Assembly: GCA_040954595.2 (NCBI GenBank)
Contig: CM082578.2
Coordinates: forward strand, 9,161,519 to 9,225,518
DNA length: 64,000 bases
Direction: 5' to 3'
Source: Balanoglossus misakiensis
Lineage: Eukaryota > Animalia > Hemichordata
Shown here: positions 39,801 through 51,800 of the stretch, in pieces
Numbering within the stretch: the first letter of the stretch is position 1
How the letters are laid out: the number at the start of each line of letters is the position of its first letter
The notes under the pieces: generated by a model
Told to the model about the DNA's origin: nothing
The model's database searches: none
The model's input: the letters and a program-made list of their open reading frames with translations, nothing else
Made by a program: the position numbers and the translations under genes

Positions 39801-42800
39801 GAAATTATCGCTGCTGGCTGACGAAACCGATGTCAAGTTTGTCAGTGTTGATTTTGATTTCTATGAATGTGAAGCATTCAAGACCTGCCTGGCGTGTACC
39901 AACAATGACTACGGCTGTGATTGGTGCATTTTTGAAAATAAATGCTCCAAGGACACAAGTATTTGTTTAAGTGAAGGCGTTGTCCCAGGAAATGCTGTAA
40001 GTACAAACGAAGTGATTCATGGATTTTGCTAATGGCTCCCAATTTCATTTTAATCTGGTTCAAATGACACCCTGGTGTATGTGTAGAAAATTGACAATTT
40101 TGTCGTCAATACCACTCTAATTTTCTTTCACATGATTGTAATTTTCAGAATCAGGCAGGCAGTTCAGACAGCTGTCCCCAGATTATGACCAACGGAGAGA
40201 TTTTGATTCCTGTTGACGTGTCTAAGGAATATAAAGTCAGAGGACAGAATTTTCCTGATGTACCAGTAAGTCTTTCTTTATTTACATGTTCATTGCCCAG
40301 GATTTGATTGCACTTTCTTTTGAGAATAAAAATCTTTTCTGTAGGATGCCTTAGTGGACATCACACCCCTATTCTGTTTAGAAACTTTGTTTCATCCACT
40401 ATATAATTGACATGTTTGAAATTGTTAGAAACCGTTTTTGCCAGTCGCTTCTAAGTCCAAGGTTGTTTATATCACTGCCAATGTTATCAGTACTACCCGG
40501 TATGTGTATAATGTATCAGATAATGAATTTTAATTGTGAAAATAACTTAAGAACGACGTCAACAGCACGGAAAATTGTCATCAAGATAAGGTTGTGGTCA
40601 CTTATTTTGAATTATGCATGTTTTTGTGTGTCTTTTCAACCAGAGCAATCAGAGAGGTTACCAGTGCGTACTCAACATTGAAGGAGTCGATGTCGTTGTT
40701 GATGGTCAGAGGGAGAATGACTCCACTGTCACGTGTCAGAGTGCAAAGGTGAGCGAAATTTGCATGTGGATGTACACTTTCATTATTTAGTCCCTGGTGG
40801 ACAGTATGAAGTCACACCCTTATACTGTATGTCTGTGGACACGGTATCCAAGAATGGTTGAGTGGATAAATGCATCTTAGTATAGAACTTGATAGATATC
40901 ACTTCATTGCTTTCAGTATGTGTATGCAGAACAAGTCAACAATAAGCTGGTGCCACTCAAACTGAGATGGAGTGACAACTTCTATATGGATAACCCAGAT
41001 GATGTACAAGGTAAAGCTTTGAAATTCCTTCTGTATTGCAGGCAGTGAAGCCCATTGAACACCTGCCTTTTCATATTAGTCATTGTTGTAAAAGTTCCGT
41101 ATTGGGTGGCATTGCTGACATTTTTGAACCCTCAGTATTTGAGGTTGTAAAGTGTCATGTACATGTACATTGCAAAAACTGGGTTAATCAGTTGTTCTTC
41201 AATTTGATCACAGTCAAATCGTTTGAACGATTTCAGTTTTCTTTTGCTCTATACTAATGCTTAGAGCATTGTGAACATGTCCACTCTGTCTTGATAAACA
41301 CTGAAGACTATGGAATACAGTACAGTATTGAAATATTCATGTGTGTTCCATCACAGAAAGCAGTTTTACTTCCTGAATGTATCTGACTCGAATAACAAAT
41401 TGTCCCTATCCAACAGTAAATCTGTACAAGTGTGACGTAGGCAGATCCAACTGCGGTGTTTGTCACCAAGCAGAAATCAAGTACGAGTGCGGTTGGTGCC
41501 AAATTCCCAGCGCAGACCAGAAATGTACCGTGGTCAGTAAATGTAGCCAGGTCCCTAGTTGGTTAACCAGAGACAAGATATGCCCAGCCCCAACAATTAC
41601 AGAGGTAAGACACAATGTTGTGTTTGTTGCAATAATTGAAAAATGTGTATAGTCCAAAGTGGACCCACTTACATCATTTTTATGCATACGGGTACATGTA
41701 CATGTGCAGCATTGCGCGTATAACTTTTGATGTCGTAAAGTTTTCCTAGTCTTGTCAATCACTGTTGTAACGAAAAGACTACTTTCAGAACATGGGAATA
41801 AATGTATCTGTGTGTAATACTGTGTAAAACTGTTTCTCATATTAGCATTTGTGGAGAATATGAATTTTGTCGCTCTGTATTAGTGGTGTTGATGAAATTC
41901 GACCATGTTCAAATATTGCCTGTTATCTTGAGAGTAATCTTTCACTTGTCATCAGATTGAAGCAAGTCACTTCACAGAATTCTTACTGGTACACTTCACA
42001 CACCTCTACCCCCACATATGACCGCAAGCATTTTCACATTTGCAGGTTATACCGAAAGCTGGGCCAAGAGAGGGAGGTACCACTCTGACAATCAGGGGTT
42101 ATAATCTTGGCAAGAATTCCTCCAATGTGAAAGAGGTCATGGTTGCTGGTCATGAGTGTGTTCCAATATCCAGTGGATACAGAATATCTGAACAGTAAGT
42201 TGGATAATTCATAAGCTACAGACAGCTTCATTCGGGTACTTTGTGTACCTTGTGATGTAATTGTCAGGTTTCGGGAAGTTGTGCGAATGAAGCATGTAAA
42301 CTAAGATCTGTGGATTGAAATGTCTGCTTTGGTCAGTTACTGATCTTCAGTCAAACATCATTTTTGTGTGCGAGTAAATGTTTTCATCATGGTTTTACGT
42401 AAACAGAATTTTGATCAAGAAGAGTGCAGTCATCAAACCGCAATCCACCAATTTCTTTGCAGGGTACAGTGTGTGACAAGCAGTAGTGGATCGGTGAAGT
42501 CTGGAAAAGTCAAAATAACAATTGGTGATGCAGGAGACCAAGTCAGTTACAGTGGGGAATCTGATGAAGACTTCAGTTATGTGGTAGGTTGTGGTGAGGA
42601 CTGTGGCGAGATGGGGAGAGTGCACAGCGCCCTCTATAGAACACTGCTATTTGTTAGTACAAGCGTTACTTTTGTTCTCGGTGAGATCAACTGTGCAATA
42701 TGTAGTAAAAGACAAAAATACAGTTGGTGAGGAATGGCTGGACTTGCAAAGGGGTTCAGGAAGTGAAATCATGCATTGTTTGCAAGTTTCCAGCTTCAGT

Positions 42801-45800
42801 CATTCATTTCATTCAAGAACATCACACGCACGTTTCTTACTGCTTCACGCAAGGAGTTCTCACACGCCGACTGAAAGTACAAACCCCCCATGAAGTACGA
42901 ATTCTGATTTTGCTGGACACAAGGTGAACCCCGCTATTGCATATCATTGTGTGATTGTGCAAGACCCAAAGATTTTATTCACACGCCGGAAAAATTTACA
43001 CACCATTTCTAAAATTAAAAAAAATGCTTTACCCTACACCGGGAAAGTTCTGTCATATTGAAATCTGTTAGTCGCTCTATTCATTCGAATGTTTCCTTTG
43101 CACGCCCGTAAATCTGGTGATTGTCTAAAATGCTTGTGTGTTGGAAACCTCCTGTAGTCAGAGACAGAAACCAATTCAGATAAGAGAAATCCCAACTGCT
43201 TTTTTGTTCTTTTTTCAAGGTCTCTGCAGATGCTTGTCAAAGGACAAATTTCAGTGGGAAATCTTGCAACCTTTTGGGCAGGATATGTTTAAGAGTTTAT
43301 TCTCAAAAGGTCGTTCGCGTTAGTGTCGGACATACATTCACCGAGTAAACAAATAACACGTGAGGTTCCAGGAAAATTAGTATACATTACAGGATCTGTG
43401 AATTCTGAAATTCTTTGTCTAAATGTCTCGCCTCCTGAAATCTTTGCATATGGTTTTATACCTATTCCTTAGTTCCTCTCTTAGCATTACGACTCTTGCT
43501 GTTCACAGATCTCCAAAATCACTGGACTCACCCCGGAGAAAGGACCCCAATCCGGCGGAACTATCGTGAAAATCTCCGGTGAAAATCTGAATGCCGGTAG
43601 TACCATATTGGCTACCGTGGCGGGATTCTCATGCCACATAACAGAGTGAGTGGACGCACTGTGTTTTACTTCAAAAGAGTGCAGAATTAAACAAAAAGAT
43701 GCGCTATGACGATATTGAAATCAACTGGTTTATCTGTTGTCGTGTCTCAAAATCTAAGCGTTTGTTTGTTCTTTACACCAGTCACTGCTTCCTCAGTAGT
43801 AGTACCATAGTAGTAGTAAGCGTTATTTTTAGAACAAGCTTACAGAGAAATGTTCAGTAGCAACAAATGCGAGATAAAAGACAAAGACAAAATCAATCGG
43901 TACTTGACATATTCAGTGTGTTTCAAGAAATAAAATGAGATGTGACTCTTCACCACACCACCTGGTTCCCCTATTCTGACACGATCAGACACAGCAAAAC
44001 TAATCAAAGAATTGACCTCCTGATGTGGAAATTAACAGAATTCCAAAGCCATGGATACACTTTGTCAGTGCACTTTAATTTGTATAAACACTTCTCCATA
44101 AATGTAGGTGGGGGAAGGAAATTGAAGGGCCATAGATAAAAAACATGTAATTGTCACTGTACTGGAACATCTGGGGAACGTAGAGAGATAAGTGATTTTG
44201 CCTGGGGGTTTAAACCTGATAGGAAATCTCACTTGATGTCATCTTTGTCAAGTCTCCAGCTGTTCAACAAAACATCACTCCCACATAATGAATGTTTCTA
44301 CCCAAATGCTGAAAGTTTTGCTATTGAGAAGTGCATGGGAAACACAAGAGGTTTTACATCTTGTTGGCTTACTTTAATAACAGTCACTCTAATTCCCTCT
44401 TGGCATTGAAAATCTCATTTTCAGTGGCCATACTACGATTTTTTTAAGAAGAATATGAAACCATTTCGTTAAATAATTCAAGAACAGTGTCATCTGCATG
44501 CATCAGATGATTTTGGAAGCGACTTCTTATATATTTCATCTCCTCCTACGTAACCTTTTCCCTCCTTTGAGAAATTTCAACATAGAGGAAGAAAGCAAAC
44601 TGACAATGCCTTTACCATGAACATTTTTTGAGAACTTTTAAAATTACAACTAACTGAAATCTGTGTTTCTCTTATAAAACCAATTTCCTTTTCTGACAAT
44701 GTGTGCACGCCGTTTGCCTAATCTGTTGCAGGTCAGCGTACGACATGGTGCAGTGTATTACCTCAGAAGCCAACACGAATTATGCAAGCGGGGGTGTCAC
44801 AATGACGTTTGATGGTGTGACTAAATCCAACAGTGAGGCCGTCTACCGGTACATGGCCGACCCCGTAATAGAACAGCTATCGAGATACGAAGCCTTTGTC
44901 AGGTAGAGTGTGGAATTTCAATATCATCTCCAAAACCTTATCAATGACAAAATAAAGAAAGCTAGTATTGAAAAAAGGTATGAATAGAAAATGAATGCTT
45001 GTTGGGGGAAAGATGATTGGGCATACATGTATGTGTCCTTGTATACACCGATCTTTCATTTGCCATTTGTGGTCTGTACATTTCGTTTTCAGTGGCGGCA
45101 GTAAAATCGAGGTGACTGGAAGCAATTTAGACATTGTGCAGACAAGGCTTATGAGGGTCTACATTGGTGACAACTATTACAATGCAGTAAGTATCTATCT
45201 GTCAGTCGTTCACTGATGAAAGAATGATTCCTGTATGTTGTCCATAGCATCACCTGTTTGAATTGTCTGCATAGCTGTGTGTTACTTATAACTGTGCAGA
45301 CTCAGGTTCTCATTGTCATGTGGCAGCTGTGTTGCCATGGTGAAACCTTTGCAGCCCCAGTACGAGCTTTGTGAACCGGTCACACAGCATTCATTCCACA
45401 TCATAGCAAAGTTCAGGCATATGTCTTCGAAGGTGGGAGACACCGCAGGCTCTTACACCATCTTCTCACAAGGAGAGTGACCAGCGGACAAATTCAGTTC
45501 TCAATGCTAGAAGGCTGAAAGTGAAACTTGTTCTATTTTGAATTTCAGCGATGCACCTTGAGGTCTGCCAAAGCCATGGAGTGTCTAACACCAGACGTCA
45601 CCGCAAGTGGCATCCAGCCTACAGCGCAAGAGCCGTACAGCTGCGATTTTGGCTTCATTATGGACAGCGTGGCGAACACCACCCACCTGAGAGACAGCCT
45701 CCAACCGTTTCTCTATTACCCAGATCCACATTACGTGGAGTTTGAGGAAGGGGTCAAAGTTTACGCTGGTGCTGGCAAAGAACCCCTTGTCATTGCTGTG

Positions 45801-48800
45801 AGTGTGCATTCAGTATTGACTGGAATTAATTTTTGAAGTTCATGCATATATGTTTGTTCGATGTAATTTGTCAGACAACTTTAGAAGGGGGTCGTTCTCA
45901 CATAAGATTAGATTCCCGGACTCTCTCCGGTAATAGAATTTTGAGTATGGGTTTTTCCCCATGTAAAGTGACGTATACATGTGTACATGAGTTGTATGAT
46001 GCTACAGAATTGCTGATATCGAACCCTGGCTAGCAATTCGATGTTTAACTTCGAACACCCAGAGACGCGAGTCAGTTTCTGCCTGCCGTGCTCAACAGTT
46101 ATTCTCTTCGACTTTCTTCAGGGTGAAAATTTGAACCTTGCATCGAACGAGGTGGACGTCATTGTGAAGATTGGCGATCAATTCTGCCAAGTGACCTCGC
46201 TGGCCTGGAATCAGCTGACGTGTAGCCCACCGGAAAATCCTAGAGGGGACAGTGAAGAAAAAGGCTTGGAAGTTACTGTGAGTATATACCCTGTCTTGCT
46301 GTGGCACAGGTGTGATATGGCAAATGGTAAATTGAGACCGCGCAATGGCAAGTTTTCTTATTTCTGTAGTTTGCTATAATGCAATAATGCAGTGGGGACA
46401 TGTCATCCATGGTGACTTCTAATTTGATTTTACACGCCTTTCATAAAAAGAACGGCCAAAATGCATTCGTGATAAACCACTCTGAACTTCCATTTGAACT
46501 TTGCCCCTCTGCGCAGATCTACCACGGCAACCTGAACGTCAGCGTGGGGGTGTTGAAGTACGCCACCGAGGGCCCTGCCTTGTCTATGGAGGCCATCATT
46601 GGTATCGCTGTGGGCGCCGCTGTCTGTGTCCTCGTCATCGTCGTCATCCTGATCATCTGCAAGCGCAAGTCCAAGGAGAGCAGCAAACACGTCAAGAAGC
46701 TGCAGATTCAGCTGGATATGTTGGAAGTCAGAGTGGCCAAGGAGTGCAAAGAAGGTGAGAAACGCTTGTGGCATCCTCAATGTATAACTTTAAGAGATAT
46801 ACTTTCCTATGAGAACAAAATCTAAGGTAGTTTGTTGGTTCTTTCCATTGGCTGAACCTAAGCTTGTGAAACGTTATCTGTGAAAGCCCACAAAACTCCT
46901 GCAAGAGAGTGCGGCATCCACTTTTTAAATCATATCGACATTTCAAATTTTTCCGAAGAGCATGATCGCGGTTGTGGAATTCCAACTCAGTTTATACATA
47001 TCTGCAAATGATGTTGTTGTCCGGTTCAAAATTCAGATAATTGATGGTTTTCTGTATAAATGATAAATGTTGTGATTACACTTTCGGAAATGTTTTTTTT
47101 TTGTGGCTACAGCCTTTGCCGAGTTACAGACTGAAATGACTGACATGACAACCGATGTAGAAGGTGCCGGGAATCCCTTCCTCGACTACAGAACCTATGC
47201 AATGCGAGTTCTCTTTCCTGGCCAAGAGGATCATCCTGTCCTCAGAGATCTGGAAGTGAGTGTTTTTCCGATAAACGGTATTCTGTGATGGTTGTTAAGA
47301 TTTTAGTGAATGATGGAGAGTAGCAGCCGGACTTTCGGCCAGAAAGATGTTATAGAGCAATGTGAATATCTGGAATGTGGGACACGTCCCGCGAGGGTCT
47401 TTCCTTTACAGTACCAGAGCTCATGTTTGGTTTCGTGCCTGACTGTTTCGACATACACGGTGTCACATGTCTCGTTCTGCAGGTCAAAGGAGTAAAGAGA
47501 GTTTACGTGGACAAAGGCCTGAAGGAGTTCCGGAAGCTCATCCACAACAAGACGTTCCTGTTGACCTTCATCAGAACCTTGGAGAGCCAGAAGTCGTTCA
47601 GCATGAGGGACAGAGGCAATGTTGCATCGCTGATCATGGTGGCGCTGCAGGGGAGAATGGAGTACGCCACCAAGTAAGTGTTTTTGACGGAGAATTTGTT
47701 CCCCTTCTTGCAGGCTTTCTGAAGTAGTTTCCTCTGTGTCATCGATTTCTCTCCTTGTCAGTTCTCAGTAAGGTTTGGGGCACGTCCCTCTTTTGGAGCA
47801 AGACGAGGTGATATCAAAGACGAATAGAACCCTCCCTGACAAGCAGCATAACCAGCATTTTGGCTAACGTGCATGACTTGCAGCCGTGCATACATTTTCA
47901 AGAGACAGATGCAAAATACATTTGTAGTTGTGCTTTTGAGGAATGTGTTGACTCTATGAGGTGTCATGTGGAGCATTCGTTGAGATTGTTTCAACAGCGT
48001 ATCTCTTTATCGCATTTCAGCATTCTGAAGACACTTCTGGCAGAGCTCATCGACAGATCACTCGAAGGGAAGAGCCACCCAAAGCTGCTGCTTAGGAGGT
48101 AGGCACATAATCTGTTGGTTTCTTAAGGAAGCACGCACCTCCGGGTCAGATTTTCAGAAAAATATCTCTCTGGATCTGTCAGCCACACTGTGTTGTGAAT
48201 GATGTAAATTTGTAATCGGAAGAAGAGAATTGTCATCTTTTTTTTTTATTGGTCACATAGTTTCATAAGACTTGCCATGTGACATTTCAATAAGTCTGTC
48301 ATAACAGCGTGGTATAAAAAATCGCAACAGGTCAATAATTTGAAACATGTTTTATAATATAAAAAATCATTACGATCAATTCATACTCAGCGGTCAACAA
48401 ACCTGTTTGCCATCATCATTAATGAATTTCTTTATTGCTGACCTTAGACATTCAGCTAGCGCTACAAACATATTGTGTGCTTTCATCATTAATGAGTCTG
48501 GTAGCTGGGAGGGGTTGGCAAATTGGATTGCTGTCATCAAACGACCTACTGACAACCAGCTGTAATTGCCACCCCCTTTCTCAAGCCCAAAAACAAGCAC
48601 TTCCAGCTCTACAAATTGTGACGATACAGGATTCGATTGAATAGAAAGATCTTTCCAATGATGTATAGTATTTTAGAGTAAAGCAATGTTATTACAATGT
48701 GTTGTTTCAAACCTAATACCTATTAAGCTACCTTGAGGTTTGGAATATTCACTAGTACAAGCTAAGCCACCCAGGGTAGTTTTAAGCTCTGCAATGATTG

Positions 48801-51800
48801 CATGCTATACATTAATCCCTCTTAAAATGAAGAAGAAAAACTATCCCACCCAGGACTTAAATATGAACTGCCTCATGACTCCAGGCGAGCTAGGAAATCA
48901 CTGACAATTTCTTCTGTCTGTCGTATTCTCAGGACGGAGTCGATTGCTGAGAAGATGTTGACCAACTGGCTGACGTTTCTGCTGTACAGCTTTCTGAGGG
49001 AGTCGGCCGGCACACCTCTGTTCATGTTGTACCGCGCCCTCAAGCAGCAAATCGAGAAGGGCCCGGTGGACGTCATCACTCACGAGGCGAGGTACTCTCT
49101 GAGCGAAGAGAAGCTGATTCGACAGCAAATCGACTACAAAACTTATGTGAGTGTTCCCCGTTATCGGATCTCGCAGTTTAGAAACCTGTCTGACCTAGAT
49201 GCCTAGCATCAAATGGTTGTCTGACAGAATGCAGAAACTGTTTTTGAGAATTCAGTGGAACAAACTAGGTTTGCCACAGACATCAGTAATAGCAAAATAA
49301 GTACACATGGACTGGGTGTAAACTCGCACGTGCACCGAAATCGATTACTTGACATTTACTTCGGGCATTTATTTTCCATTCCCTAAACTTTTCCCCCGAA
49401 GACCACTTACCCTTTGAAAGATGAGCACATAAGTGCAGCAGGAAATAGGTGGAAGCAGTATACTGATGATATACAATTGCTCATATCACATGTCTCTTTA
49501 ATCCCAATACATATTTTAGACTAGATACTGTTTCTGTTCAGAGTGATATTTAACCTACGGCGTTTTTAACTCGCGTGTTCACACATAGGGGGAGCTGATG
49601 TTTAGACAATTTCTGTCTGTGTCTGTGTGTCTGTTTGGATGTGTCTGTCTGTCTGCCCATCTTTCTGTTTGTTTATCGGTATGTCTGTCCATCAATTTGA
49701 ATTACTGCAAACATTTGCCAGCTACTGTTTATAAGTCAGGTTAGTTTTTCATCCAGAAGCGAACAAACGATTTCTTTCATGTAAATTGGCAGGCGATTAA
49801 CGTTGTAAATCCTGACACGCTGTTCGATGGCAAAGAGGAGCAGTACATCCAGGTGAAAGTGTTGGACGTCGACTCAATCAATCAAGTCAAGGAGAAATTC
49901 CTGGATGCTATTTACAAAAACGCCCCCTATTCATCCAGGCCCAGGGTAGAGCAAGTCGATTTAGGTGAGTGGCATTGTAAAAAAAATTAAAATAAGCCTT
50001 TGCAGACTTTGCATTGTTGAATTTTTTGCTTGTCTGGAAACCATTATTAATCAATCGATTCAGGTTATGTGTGTTATTTACCATTTCACCACCATGGTTC
50101 AGTCCGACCCCATTGTTCACTATGGTGAGGTTGGACCTCAAAAAAAAGAAACTGGGGGTGAAAGGGTTAAGCAGAAACTGCTCTCAGGAAAACGAAAGAA
50201 AGCTGGATTCTGTGCACACAGTGGCAACCAGGCATGAGAAATGGGGGACAATATTTTCAAGGAATAAAGTTCATCAGTTACGGTTGATAGCTTTGGTCAG
50301 GAACGGTGATGCAGTTTCTTAGACACGCTGACTGACGATGCCCACCCAACAACCCACTCATGGGTCTTCCCCTGTGCTTTTATATCTTCTTCTGCAGAAT
50401 GGAGACAGGGTGTCAGTGGCAGACTCAGCCTGGCGGAAGAAGACATCACTGCAAAGCAAGAAGGTGAATGGAAGAGAGTGAATACCCTGGAGCACTACAA
50501 GGTAAAAACTAATCAGGTCAGCACTTTCTTGGCATTTGCAGAATAGTCCGTTGAAGTTTTTTTATTTGTCTGCAAAAGTGGTACCAAGAAAACCTTTCTT
50601 CTTACAAAATGATTTCTGCTCAGGCAGAATTGATCAAACTGTGAATAAGTTATGAAACTTACTAGAGAGGGTTATTCCGTAAAGATAGTACTGGAAGCGA
50701 CTCGTTGCATTGAAAGGAGGTTGAATTTGATGATAGTTTATCACTAAGATTTGTACATTTTGGTTTAACTTGACAGGTACTTGATGGTGCTGTAATGGCT
50801 CTGGTTCCAAAGCAAGGCTACAACATGTCACCCGGCATAGCTAACCTCAAAGCTGGCACTACATTTGGTAAGTCAGTATTTTCAAAGAAATCCTGATACA
50901 ACTTCCTTGATGTGCAGCTATACATGGAGTGCCATGTCACATCTGTCTGCTGAAGTCATGGTACTGTATATTTGCATGTATGTCCCAATTCAACTCCTTG
51001 AAGGTTTGTAACTTCCATCGTGTTTTTTTCCACACAGCCAACATGTCCCTGACCTCCAGCCCGGGTCATCGGTCAAATTCCTCGATGCTCCTCAACTCCG
51101 AGGCGGAGAGCGGGCACCGACTGTGGCACTTGGTGAAGCAGCACGACATTGATTTACAGAAAGAAGGCGACAGAACAAGCAAAATGGTGTCAGAAATTTA
51201 CTTAACCAGGCTGCTGACAACCAAGGTGAGGCATCGGGCTGTTTTGCTGTGGTGCATATTTCCGGTCTGTATCGCGTGTGATACATACAGCATGTTCTGC
51301 TTATGTCTATGATTCGATGGCACGAGTTGATGATATAACGAGATGATTTTGTCTAAACACAGGGCACACTACAGAAGTTTGTCGACGACCTGTTTGAGAC
51401 AATCTTCAGTACCACGCATCGTAGCAGTGCACTGCCTTTAGCGATCAAGTACTTATTCGACTTCCTCGACGACCAAGCAATAGACCATGGAATCAGTGAT
51501 CCTGATGTTGTTCACACCTGGAAGAGCAACAGGTGAGGTGGTGTTAGAGTTGCAGTTTCTGACTTGGGTGTGTGAGACATGTGTTTTGATGGCATATTTT
51601 CTGTAGAGGGCTGAAGTTTCTGCCGAGTATGTGGAGAAAATATGCGCTATGTGAGATGGTTGAGAACATGTCAACATGGGCAGCAAATTACGCAAAAGTT
51701 AACCGTTGGCAAAGTACAGACACCTAAAACGAACAAAATGTAGAGTTGGTGCTTGGATATTCCTTGTTGCTTCCCTATGTTGGTTTTTTTACACTATTCA

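Noticed and set aside
45551-47742. Alternative-frame and antisense ORFs overlapping exons 17-21
   Set aside because: Shadow ORFs caused by GC3-rich plexin codons.
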